From: Acidimicrobiales bacterium | GTDB lineage: Bacteria > Actinomycetota > Acidimicrobiia > Acidimicrobiales > DASWMK01 | Length of the DNA: 64,000 nucleotides | Assembly (NCBI GenBank): GCA_036399815.1 | Contig: DASWMK010000057.1 | Span: 1,226 to 65,225, forward strand | Direction of reading: 5' to 3' | Shown here: piece after piece, positions 10,697 to 18,590 of the stretch | How positions within the stretch are numbered: position 1 is the stretch's first letter | Layout of the letters: every line of letters begins with the position of its first letter | Made by a program: the position numbers and the translations under genes | The notes under the pieces: model-generated | What the model saw: only the letters and a program-made list of their open reading frames with translations | The model's database searches: none | Told to the model about the DNA's origin: nothing

Positions 10697-12094
10697 TCAG
10701 TCGCCGGCCTGGATGGCCTGCATGAGCTCGGTGACCTGGTTGTAGATCTGGCGCCGCTCCTTCATCAGCGCGCCGATCTTCTCGACCGCGTGGATGACGG
10801 TCGTGTGGTCCCGGCCGCCGAACTCCCTGGCGATGGCCGGGTAGCTCAGGTCGGTGAGCTCGCGGCAGACGTACATGCCGACCTGGCGGGCCGTGACGAG
10901 CGGGCGCCGGCGGCTGCGGTCCTTGATCTCGTCGACGGTGAACCCGAACATCTTCGCCGTCGCCTCGAGGATGACGGCCGGGGTGATGAGCCGGGGCTGG
11001 CGCTCGGTGAGGAGGTCGCCCAGCACCCGCTCGGCCAGCTCCGGCGTGAGCGGCTCGTTGTTCAGGCTGGCGTAGGCCGACACCCGGATGAGCGCGCCCT
11101 CGAGCACCCGGATGTTGTCGGTGATGTGGCTGGCGATGAACTCCAGCACGTCGTCGGGCGCCCTGGTCTCACGGCTCTCCCGCTCGGCCTTCTTGCGGAG
11201 GATGGCGAGCCGGGTCTCGAGATCAGGAGGTTGGATGTCCGTGATCAGGCCCCACTTGAAGCGGCTGCGGAGCCGGTCCTCCAGGGTGGCGATGGCGTCC
11301 GGCTGGCGGTCGCTCGAGATGACGATCTGGCGGTTGGAACCGTGGAGGGAGTTGAAGGTGTGGAAGAACTCCTCCTGGGTCCCCTCCTTGTTCTCGAGGA
11401 ACTGGATGTCGTCGATGAGCAGGACGTCGAGCTCGCGGTAGCGGCGCTTGAAGGCCGTGCCGGTGTTGGTCCGGATGGCGTCGATGAACTCGTTCGTGAA
11501 CACCTCGGTCGACAGGTAGCCGACCCGGTAGTCCGGATAGTTCTGGCGCACGTAGTGCCCGATGGCGTGCAGCAGGTGGGTCTTGCCGAGCCCAGCTCCC
11601 CCGTAGATGAACAGCGGGTTGTAGGACCGGGCCGGCGTCTCGGCCACGGACAGCGCGGCCGCGTGGGCGAACCGGTTCGACGCGCCGGTCACGAACGCCT
11701 CGAACGTGTAGCGGGGGTTCAGCGCGTCCGTGAGGCCCGCGACCGGCGGGCGGTCCTCGGCCGGGGCGTGGCCACCGGGCTGGAACGCGGCCCGGGGCGC
11801 CAGCGGCGGCGGCTCGAGGGGCGGCGGGGTGGGGTCCGGGTCGCCGACGGCGACCACGTCGACCAGCACCTCGACCCCCGCGAACCCCGCCTCGGCCAGG
11901 GCGTCGCGCAGCAGCGGCGAGTACCGGCCGTCCAGGCGGTCCTTCACGAGGGGGCTCGACACGGCCAGGAGGAGGCGACGCCCGTCGAAGGCGACGGGCT
12001 CGGCGTCCTGCATGGAGGACAGCCAGACCGCCTCGGAGACCTGGGCTCGCAGGTTGTCGGCGACCCGATTCCACAGGTCCTGCGCTTCGCCCAC
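10697..12094 (-). CDS. dnaA: chromosomal replication initiator DnaA
   Basis: Walker [16 protein letters not shown], box VII, and C-terminal [15 protein letters not shown]. The track ORF starts at 12430, but the first 112 residues are Arg/Pro-rich junk overlapping the rpmH promoter. I place the start at GTG 12094 ([18 protein letters not shown]...). The start is less certain than the gene call. Confidence 0.93.
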   Translation of the reverse strand: MGEAQDLWNRVADNLRAQVSEAVWLSSMQDAEPVAFDGRRLLLAVSSPLVKDRLDGRYSPLLRDALAEAGFAGVEVLVDVVAVGDPDPTPPPLEPPPLAPRAAFQPGGHAPAEDRPPVAGLTDALNPRYTFEAFVTGASNRFAHAAALSVAETPARSYNPLFIYGGAGLGKTHLLHAIGHYVRQNYPDYRVGYLSTEVFTNEFIDAIRTNTGTAFKRRYRELDVLLIDDIQFLENKEGTQEEFFHTFNSLHGSNRQIVISSDRQPDAIATLEDRLRSRFKWGLITDIQPPDLETRLAILRKKAERESRETRAPDDVLEFIASHITDNIRVLEGALIRVSAYASLNNEPLTPELAERVLGDLLTERQPRLITPAVILEATAKMFGFTVDEIKDRSRRRPLVTARQVGMYVCRELTDLSYPAIAREFGGRDHTTVIHAVEKIGALMKERRQIYNQVTELMQAIQAGD

Positions 12095-12134
12095 CAGCCT
12101 GCACGCCTCCCTCTGCCGGACGGCATCCACAACG

Positions 12135-12155
12135 CCGTCCACACACTGTGGACAA
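12135..12155. promoter_or_regulatory. head-to-head DnaA boxes CCGTCCACA-cac-TGTGGACAA upstream of dnaA
   Basis: 12147..12155 is the perfect reverse complement of the actinobacterial consensus TTGTCCACA. 12135..12143 matches 7/9. The two form the inverted repeat GTCCACA-CAC-TGTGGAC about 40-60 bp upstream of the proposed dnaA start. A third weak box, GCATCCACA, is at 12123..12131. Confidence 0.65.
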
Positions 12156-12419
12156 TGCACCGAACACCGGGAGGAGCCCGGGTCGCCATCGGACCGTGCC
12201 GGGGGAAGCGGTGCGGCTGATGCCGCCGGGTGGACCGGAGCGACCGGGGCACGGTAGCACCGCGCCACTCGGGGCGCGCCGGCCGCCGGGCGGCCCCGTC
12301 CGCGGCGTTCGTGCCGGTCCACGGTTGCTCCCGGGACGGTCCAGGCTCTACCGTGACCGGTCGGCCCGACCGGCCGCGCGCGCCCTCGTGGCAGCCCGGC
12401 CCGCCTCGAGGAGGAGACC

Positions 12420-12554
12420 GTGAAGCGCACCTACCAGCCCAACAACCGGCGCCGAGCCAAGCGGCACGGCTTCCGGCACCGCATGTCGACCCGGGCGGGC
12501 CGGGCCGTGCTGCGGGCCCGCCGGCTGAAGGGCCGGCACCGCCTGTCCGCCTGA
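12420..12554 (+). CDS. rpmH: 50S ribosomal protein L34
   Basis: Own translation: [47 protein letters not shown] start after GAGGAGGAG. Too short for the ORF track. Confidence 0.95.
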   Translation: MKRTYQPNNRRRAKRHGFRHRMSTRAGRAVLRARRLKGRHRLSA

Positions 12555-12578
12555 CCCGGCCGTCGAGCGAGGTGACCC

Positions 12579-12938
12579 GTGGGGCCGGCCCCCGGCCTGG
12601 TGTGGCGGCTGCGCGGCCGCGCTGCATTCGCGGCGCTCATGGCCGACGGGCGACGGGTGCGGAGCGGGCCGGTCACGGTAACGTACCTGGCGGCGCCGGG
12701 CACCGAGCCGCCGAGGGTCGCGTTCTCCGTCGGTCGGGCGGTCGGGCCCGCCGTCGTGCGGAACCGCATCCGGCGCCGGCTGCGGGCCATCACCAGGGAG
12801 CTCGCCGCCGACCCCGCCGGCCTCCCGCCGGGCAGCTACCTGATCGCGGTGCGCCCGGCGGCAGCCACCCTGGACTACGTCGGACTGAGAGCGAGTGTGG
12901 AGCGAGCGGTGAGAGGGATCCCCGGAGCGGCGGCGTGA
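12579..12938 (+). CDS. rnpA: ribonuclease P protein component
   Basis: 119 aa directly after rpmH. Contains [21 protein letters not shown], the conserved RNR motif. Confidence 0.9.
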   Translation: MGPAPGLVWRLRGRAAFAALMADGRRVRSGPVTVTYLAAPGTEPPRVAFSVGRAVGPAVVRNRIRRRLRAITRELAADPAGLPPGSYLIAVRPAAATLDYVGLRASVERAVRGIPGAAA

Positions 12939-13174
12939 CGCCGCCGGCCCGTGCCCTCCGTGCCCTCGTGCGCGGCTACCAGGCGGTGCGCGCCGGCCGG
13001 CCGTCGCCCTGCCGGTTCGTCCCCTCGTGCTCGGTCTACGCCGTCGAGGCGCTCGAGCACCACGGCGCCGCGCGCGGCTCCTGGCTGACCGTCCGCCGCC
13101 TCGCCCGCTGCCACCCGTGGGGTGGCGCCGGCTACGACCCCGTCCCCCAGCGCCCCGAGAGAGAGGCGGCGTAG
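12935..13174 (+). CDS. yidD: membrane protein insertion efficiency factor YidD
   Basis: GTG 12935 overlaps the rnpA TGA (GTGA). Translation includes [49 protein letters not shown], the YidD signature. Confidence 0.88.
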   Translation: MTPPARALRALVRGYQAVRAGRPSPCRFVPSCSVYAVEALEHHGAARGSWLTVRRLARCHPWGGAGYDPVPQRPEREAA

Positions 13175-14287
13175 GTGTTCGACCTCATCGCGTCGGTCCT
13201 GGCGTGGTTCTACGACCTCGTCCCCTCCTACGGGGTCGCCATCATCCTGCTGACCCTCACCGTCATGGTGATCCTCACCCCCTTGACCCTCAAGGGCACG
13301 CGGTCGATGATCGCCATGCAGCGCCTCCAGCCGGAGATGCGCAAGCTCCAGGCCCAGTACAAGGACGACCGGCAGAAGCTCAACGAGGAGCTGCTGAAGT
13401 TCTACCGGGAGCACAAGATCAACCCGCTGGGCGGCTGCCTCCCGCTGCTGCTCCAGGCGCCGGTCTTCATCGTCCTCTACCGGGTGATCTCGGGGCTGAC
13501 CCACCGGGCCGGCATCGGGGCCACCGCCGGGTCGGTCCTCGCCGGCGGTGAGGTGCTGAACACGTTCCGGCCCGAGTACCTCGACCGGAGCAGCGCGCTC
13601 TACCAGGCCCTCTCCCACGACACCGAGATGCGCTCGTTCGGCATCAACCTCGCCGACAGCGCCAGCCGGGCCCTGTCCGAGGGCGGGTTCCTCCACGCCC
13701 TGCCGCTGCTCGTGCTGATCCTCTTCGTGGCGGCGACGAGCTACATCCAGCAGAAGCAGGTGTCCGGGCGGAACCCGAACGCCACGATGAACCCGCAGCA
13801 GCAGATGCTCCTGCGGATCATGCCGGCCTTCTTCGCCTTCATCTCCCTCGGCCTGCCGGGCGGCGTCGTCCTGTACTTCTTCGTCTCGAACCTCTACCGG
13901 ATGGGCCAGCAGGCGTTCATCACGAGGACGATGTACCGCGACGGCACCGTGCCCGTCGACGTGCCGGCGAAGGACGTCACCGCCAAGCCGGCCAAGGGCG
14001 ACAAGCCCGCCAGGCCCTCGCTCGGGCGCGGCGCCAAGCCGCCGGTCGAGGCGAAGGCGAAGGTCAAGCCCCAGCCCGCCGTCGGGCGGTCGGGCAGCAC
14101 CAGCGCGTCGGCCAAGAACGGCGCGCCGGCGAAGACCTCGCGCATCGGCCGCGTCACCCGCGACGGCTCCGCCGACGGGGCGCCGCGCCGGCCCGTGACG
14201 AGGGCGTCCACCACCCCGCCCGCCGCCAACGGCCGGGCCCAGCCGCCGGCCACCCAGCCGCGGCCCCGCAAGAAGAAGAGGAAGTAG
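13175..14287 (+). CDS. yidC: membrane protein insertase YidC
   Basis: 370 aa. Contains KINPLGGCLPLLLQAPVFIVLY and the polytopic core, with a basic C-terminal tail. Confidence 0.95.
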   Translation: MFDLIASVLAWFYDLVPSYGVAIILLTLTVMVILTPLTLKGTRSMIAMQRLQPEMRKLQAQYKDDRQKLNEELLKFYREHKINPLGGCLPLLLQAPVFIVLYRVISGLTHRAGIGATAGSVLAGGEVLNTFRPEYLDRSSALYQALSHDTEMRSFGINLADSASRALSEGGFLHALPLLVLILFVAATSYIQQKQVSGRNPNATMNPQQQMLLRIMPAFFAFISLGLPGGVVLYFFVSNLYRMGQQAFITRTMYRDGTVPVDVPAKDVTAKPAKGDKPARPSLGRGAKPPVEAKAKVKPQPAVGRSGSTSASAKNGAPAKTSRIGRVTRDGSADGAPRRPVTRASTTPPAANGRAQPPATQPRPRKKKRK

Positions 14288-14291
14288 CGCC

Positions 14292-15239
14292 GTGGAGTGG
14301 GTCGAGACGACCGGTCGGACCATCGAGGAGGCGAAGGACGCCGCGCTCGACGAGCTCGGCGTCGACGAGGCCGACGCCGAGTTCGAGGTGCTGGAGGAGC
14401 CGAAGAGCGGGCTGTTCGGCCGGCTGCGGACCGAGGCCAGGGTGCGGGCCAGGGTCAAGCCGACCACGCCCAGGCCGAAGGCCGAGCGCCGCACGCGGCG
14501 CCGGCGGTCGAGCGGTGACGGGGACGACGCCGGCACGGCGGGCGAGGCGACGGCCGAGGTCGAGGCCACCGCGGGCCCGGCCGGCCAGGGAGCGGCCGGC
14601 GACGACGCCGGTGGCACCGGGGCCAGGCGCAGCCGCGGGCGGCGCGCCTCCGAGGGTCGCGGCAGCGGCCGGGGGACGCGGGCGGCGAGGACGACGACGA
14701 GCGACCGGGACGAGGCGGCCGCGCCGCCCGACGACGGGAAGGAGCCCGCCATGGAGGCGGCCGGCATGACCGTGCGCGAACAGGGTGAGGTGGCGAGCGA
14801 GTTCCTCGAGGGCCTGGTCGACGCCTTCGGCCTCGACGGCACCGTGGAGGTCGACGAGGTCGACGAGGAGACGGTGGAGGTGGCGATCGTCGGGGCCGAC
14901 CTCGGCCTGCTGATCGGGCCCCGGGGCCAAACGCTCACCGCCGTGCAGGAGCTGGCCCGCACCGTCGTGCAGCGCCAGCAGTCGGCGCCGCCGGTCGGGC
15001 GCCTCAGGGTCGACATCGGCGGCTACCGCCAGCGTCGCCGCGAGGCGCTGGAGCGGTTCACCCGCGACGTCGCCGCCCAGGTGATCTCGACGGGCGTGGC
15101 CAAGGCGCTGGAGCCGATGTCCCCCGCCGACCGCAAGGTCGTGCACGACACGGTCAACACGATCGACGGCGTGGCCACGAGGTCCGAGGGCGAGGAGCCC
15201 CGCCGGCGAGTCGTGATCGTGCCCGCCGAGGGCGCCTGA
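14292..15239 (+). CDS. jag: Jag/KhpB-type RNA-binding protein (Jag_N, KH, R3H)
   Basis: N-terminus MEWVETTGRTIEEAKDAALDELGV, acidic/basic linker, and C-terminal KH/R3H region (RERFTRDVA..., ADRKVVHDTV). Conserved position after yidC. Confidence 0.85.
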   Translation: MEWVETTGRTIEEAKDAALDELGVDEADAEFEVLEEPKSGLFGRLRTEARVRARVKPTTPRPKAERRTRRRRSSGDGDDAGTAGEATAEVEATAGPAGQGAAGDDAGGTGARRSRGRRASEGRGSGRGTRAARTTTSDRDEAAAPPDDGKEPAMEAAGMTVREQGEVASEFLEGLVDAFGLDGTVEVDEVDEETVEVAIVGADLGLLIGPRGQTLTAVQELARTVVQRQQSAPPVGRLRVDIGGYRQRRREALERFTRDVAAQVISTGVAKALEPMSPADRKVVHDTVNTIDGVATRSEGEEPRRRVVIVPAEGA

Positions 15240-15240
15240 C

Positions 15241-15852
15241 CTGGACGAGGCCCTCCTCGCCGTCCTCCGGCGGGCGCAGGCGCTCGGCTTCCTCGGGCCC
15301 ACCCCGGTCGAGGACCACCTCGAGCACACCGCGGCGTTCGCCGGCGCCGTCGGCGACCCGGGCTCGGCCCGGTGCCTCGACCTCGGCAGCGGCGCCGGCG
15401 TCCCCGGGCTGGCCCTCGCCTGCTGGTGGCCCGCCACTCGCTGGCTGCTCGTCGACGCCGGCGCCCGCCGCTGCGACGCCCTCGTTGCCGCCGTCGCCAC
15501 CCTCAAACTCGGCGACCGGGTCGAGGTCCGCCAGGCCAGGGCCGAGGAGGCCGGGCGCGACCCCGAGCTGCGGGCGGCGTTCGACCTCGTCGTCGCCCGC
15601 TCCTTCGGCCCGCCCGCCGTCGTCGCCGAGTGTGCCGCCCCGTTCCTGCGGGTCGGCGGCCGGCTGGCGGTGAGCGAGCCCCCGACCGGCGACGACCGCT
15701 GGCCGCCGACCCCCCTCGCCGAGCTCGGCTTGGAGGCGACCGAACGCAGCGATGTCGGCGCCGCCCACGTGCAGCTCCTGCGCCAGACGGCCCCCTGCCC
15801 CGACCGCTACCCCCGCCGCACCGGCGTCCCTACGAAGCGCCCCCTCTTCTGA
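15241..15852 (+). CDS. rsmG: 16S rRNA (guanine527-N7)-methyltransferase RsmG; start codon non-canonical or uncertain
   Basis: Own translation: LDEALLAVLRRAQALGFLGPTPVEDHLEHT...CLDLGSGAGVPGLALA...VARSFGPP...RYPRRTGVPTKRPLF. The frame opens at 15217. There is no in-frame ATG, GTG or TTG before 15670, which would delete the SAM-binding motif. CTG 15241 lies 1 nt after the jag stop. Confidence 0.85.
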   Translation: MDEALLAVLRRAQALGFLGPTPVEDHLEHTAAFAGAVGDPGSARCLDLGSGAGVPGLALACWWPATRWLLVDAGARRCDALVAAVATLKLGDRVEVRQARAEEAGRDPELRAAFDLVVARSFGPPAVVAECAAPFLRVGGRLAVSEPPTGDDRWPPTPLAELGLEATERSDVGAAHVQLLRQTAPCPDRYPRRTGVPTKRPLF

Positions 15853-15868
15853 CGTTCCACGTGGAACG
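15853..15868. promoter_or_regulatory. parS site 1, CGTTCCACGTGGAACG (perfect 16-bp palindrome)
   Basis: Starts 1 nt after the rsmG stop. Matches the canonical TGTTTCACGTGAAACA at 12/16, with symmetric T-to-C and A-to-G changes that keep the palindrome. Confidence 0.8.
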
Positions 15869-15966
15869 CCGACGCCGCGGGTCGGCGCCGCGCACGTCGA
15901 GCCCTCGTCAGGTGGCCCGGTCCCCGACCGCTAGCGCGTCGCTCCTAAGCGCGTCCTCTCTTCTCA

Positions 15967-15982
15967 TGTTCCACGTGGAACG
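15967..15982. promoter_or_regulatory. parS site 2, TGTTCCACGTGGAACG
   Basis: Same 14-bp core, GTTCCACGTGGAAC, as site 1. Confidence 0.8.
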
Positions 15983-16261
15983 TCGGCGACCCGGCGGGTG
16001 GCCGATACTGGCCGGCATGGCAGACCGTCCGGGCGTCCGCGCCGCGCACGTCGCCCCTGCATCACGTGGCCCCGTGCTCGAACGCTAAGTGCGTCGCTCC
16101 CCGCGGGCCGCCGAGCTGACCGCCGCGGGAGTCCGCGCCACGTCGAGGCCCTGCGTCCGGGGCCCCAGGCGCGGACCGCTACACGACGCGCGAGCCAGGG
16201 GCGTGCGATTCAGCGCAGGTGCGCGCGCCGCCGGGCGGTTAACGACTCCGGACTCTGCTGA

Positions 16262-16277
16262 CGTTCCACGTGGAGCG
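16262..16277. promoter_or_regulatory. parS-like site 3, CGTTCCACGTGGAGCG
   Basis: One core mismatch relative to sites 1 and 2. Confidence 0.6.
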
Positions 16278-16352
16278 TCCGCCGCACGTCGCCTCCCGCG
16301 GCCGGCGGCTCGGCGCCGCCGGGTGACGAGCGAGTCCGGACCGCTCTGCTGA

Positions 16353-16368
16353 CGTTCCACCTGGAGCA
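16353..16368. promoter_or_regulatory. degenerate parS-like site 4, CGTTCCACCTGGAGCA
   Basis: Two core mismatches, including the central CG. Possibly non-functional. Confidence 0.35.
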
Positions 16369-16605
16369 TTCGTTGCACGGAGGCCGCCCGTGGGGGGCGC
16401 CCCCAGCGCGGACGCCGTCGATGGCCGCGACGACTCCCGACGGCCGCCAGTTTGGCTACGCCGCGTGCACCCCGCGCCGTACCCGTGCGTTCGCGCTGCG
16501 GCAGCCGATAGCGGCGCGCGCCTTGCCACAGCCCCGGGCCGGCGGCGAGCGACAGGCGCTTAGGGCGGCGGGCTCGCTGGCGTGAACGGGCGAGGCTCGA
16601 GCCGT

Positions 16606-16621
16606 TGTTTCACGTGGAACG
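16606..16621. promoter_or_regulatory. parS site 5, TGTTTCACGTGGAACG
   Basis: Matches canonical parS at 14/16. Lies about 70 bp upstream of the proposed parA start. Confidence 0.8.
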
Positions 16622-16691
16622 GCTGCCTCGGCCCGGCCCCGCGGCCCCGGGAGGTCGAGGGTGCTTGCTTCTGGTAGGTGGGGCGGCGAGG

Positions 16692-17669
16692 ATGACCCGC
16701 GTGGGACCCGACGGCGAGGACGAGCTGCTGGCCAGGGGCCGGGCGATCGTCGAGCAGCTGGCCGGGTCGAACGGGACCGTCGAGACGCCGCCGGCGCCGG
16801 CCGAGGAGGCCGACCTGCCGGGGGCGGAGGCGCTGCCGGTCGAGGCCGAGGAGCCCGTCGCACCGCCGCCGGCGCCGCCGTTCCTGCGCCCGCTCCCCCG
16901 GTTCATCGCCGTCGCCAACCAGAAGGGCGGCGTCGGCAAGACGACGACCGCAGTCAACCTCGGCGCCTGCCTGGCCGAGCTCGGCTACCGGGTGCTGATC
17001 GTCGACCTCGACCCGCAGGGCAACGCCAGCACCGGCCTCGGCCTCAACCCCCGCAACCTCCAGGCCTCGATGTACGACGTCATCCTCCACGACACGCCGC
17101 TCGAGGACTGCGTCGAGGCCACCTCGATCCGGAACCTGTTCGTCGCCCCGGCCAGCCTGGACCTCGCCGGCGCCGAGATCGAGCTCGTCCCCGCCTTCAG
17201 CCGGGAGCTGAAGCTGCGGCGGGCGCTCGAGGAGGTGCGGGACGACTACGACTACGTCCTCATCGACTGCCCGCCCTCGCTCGGCCTGCTGACGGTCAAC
17301 GGCCTGGCGGCGGCCACCGAGGTGCTCGTGCCCATCCAGTGCGAGTACTACGCGCTCGAGGGGCTCGGCCAGCTCCTGCGCAACGTCAGCCTCGTGCAGC
17401 GCAACCTCAACCCGTCCCTCGAGGTCACCGCCATCGTGCTCGTCATGTACGACGCCAGGACCAAGCTCTCCGACCAGGTGGCGCGCGAGGTGCGGGCGCA
17501 CTTCGGCCCCAAGGTCTGCCGCAACGTCGTGCCGAGGACCGTGCGCCTCTCCGAGGCGCCGTCCTTCGGTCAACCGATCACCACGTTCGACGCCACCTCC
17601 CGCGGCGCCATCGCCTACCGGGAGCTGGCCAAGGAGGTCAGCGGTGGAGCGCCGCAGCGGGTTGGGTAG
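16692..17669 (+). CDS. parA: chromosome partitioning ATPase ParA (Soj)
   Basis: Deviant Walker A: VANQKGGVGKTTTAVNLG. Also LIVDLDPQGNAS and YVLIDCPPSLG. The track ORF starts at 16605 (MFHVER...), which is just the translation of parS site 5. I prefer ATG 16692. Confidence 0.9.
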   Translation: MTRVGPDGEDELLARGRAIVEQLAGSNGTVETPPAPAEEADLPGAEALPVEAEEPVAPPPAPPFLRPLPRFIAVANQKGGVGKTTTAVNLGACLAELGYRVLIVDLDPQGNASTGLGLNPRNLQASMYDVILHDTPLEDCVEATSIRNLFVAPASLDLAGAEIELVPAFSRELKLRRALEEVRDDYDYVLIDCPPSLGLLTVNGLAAATEVLVPIQCEYYALEGLGQLLRNVSLVQRNLNPSLEVTAIVLVMYDARTKLSDQVAREVRAHFGPKVCRNVVPRTVRLSEAPSFGQPITTFDATSRGAIAYRELAKEVSGGAPQRVG

Positions 17670-18531
17670 GGGCCTGGGGGCGCTGATCCCCCCCGACGTC
17701 GACGGCGAGCCCCGGGGCGCGACGGGGCGGGGCGAGCTGCGGGAGCTGGCGGTCAGCGACGTCCACCCGAACCGGTACCAGCCGAGGGCCCACTTCGACG
17801 AGGAGTCGCTCGACGCACTGACGGCGTCGGTCCGCGAGCTCGGCGTCCTCCAGCCCGTGCTCGTGCGGGTCGACCCCGAGGGCGGCTACGAGCTCATCGC
17901 CGGCGAGCGGCGGTGGCGGGCGGCCAAGCGGGCCGGCCTGCCGACGATCCCCGCCCTCGTCCGCGACGTCGCCGACGCCAGGGCGCTCGAGCAGGCCCTC
18001 GTCGAGAACCTCCACCGCCAGGACCTCAACGCCCTGGAGGAGGCGGCCGCCTACCAGCAGCTCATCGAGGACTTCCACCTCACCCACGACCAGGTCGCGG
18101 CCCGGGTCGGCAAGAGCCGGGTGGCGGTCAGCAACACGCTCCGGCTGTTCCAGCTGCCGCCATCCATCCAGCGGCTCGTGGCCGACGGCCAGCTGTCCGC
18201 CGGCCACGCCCGCGCCCTGCTCGGCACCCCCGACCGCTCCTTCCAGGAGCAGCTGGCCCGCCGGGCCGTGGCCGAGGGGTGGTCGGTGCGCCAGGTGGAG
18301 GAGGCGGTGCGGGCCCGGTCCGAGCGGGGCCTTTCGCTCCCGGAGCCGGCCACCCGCCGGCTGCGCCCTCCCGGCCTGCTCGAGCTCGAGGAGCTGCTGT
18401 CGTCCCAGCTCGACACGAGGGTGCAGGTGACGATGGGCGCCAAGCGGGGCAGGGTGGTGATCGAGTTCGCCGACCTCGAGGACCTCGAGCGCATCTACCG
18501 GGCGATGACGGAAGCCTCACCTGCTGGTTGA
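17644..18531 (+). CDS. parB: chromosome partitioning protein ParB (Spo0J)
   Basis: 295 aa. Contains GLGRGLGALI, the CTP-binding box ELIAGERRWRAAKRAG, and an HTH. GTG start overlaps the parA end. Confidence 0.95.
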   Translation: MERRSGLGRGLGALIPPDVDGEPRGATGRGELRELAVSDVHPNRYQPRAHFDEESLDALTASVRELGVLQPVLVRVDPEGGYELIAGERRWRAAKRAGLPTIPALVRDVADARALEQALVENLHRQDLNALEEAAAYQQLIEDFHLTHDQVAARVGKSRVAVSNTLRLFQLPPSIQRLVADGQLSAGHARALLGTPDRSFQEQLARRAVAEGWSVRQVEEAVRARSERGLSLPEPATRRLRPPGLLELEELLSSQLDTRVQVTMGAKRGRVVIEFADLEDLERIYRAMTEASPAG

Positions 18532-18590
18532 GGGTCGCGGGCCGCACCGGCCAGCGTGATCCTCAACTCGAAGTTCTCCCCACGGTGTGG

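Larger units (their letters stand above)
15751..16368. repeat. about five degenerate tandem copies of the rsmG 3' end, four ending in a parS-like palindrome
   Basis: The motif GTC[G/C]GCGCCGC[G/C]CACGT, or a close variant, starts at 15754 (inside rsmG), 15881, 16035, 16131 and 16277. CCCCGACCGCTA / GAACGCTAA / GGACCGCTA recur downstream of it. CTCT[T/G]CT[G/C]A[C/T]GTTCCAC precedes each parS. Translated relics are VGAAHVQLL..PDRY, VGAAHVEPS..PDR* and VRAAHVAPA..LER*. Confidence 0.85.

Noticed and set aside
12095-12430. 112-aa N-terminal extension of DnaA in the track ORF.
   Set aside because: - It is Arg/Pro-rich with no similarity to DnaA domain I.
- It would run through the DnaA-box palindrome and reach into the start of rpmH (12420).
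- GTG 12094 gives a normal DnaA N-terminus.
15372-16691. ORFs in the rsmG-parA spacer (15372..16088, 15752..15934, 15998..16261, 16089..16352, and the first 29 codons of 16605..17669, MFHVER...).
   Set aside because: They are translations of the decayed rsmG 3'-end repeats and of the parS palindromes (FHVER = TTCCACGTGGAACG). The frames differ between copies and there is no RBS.
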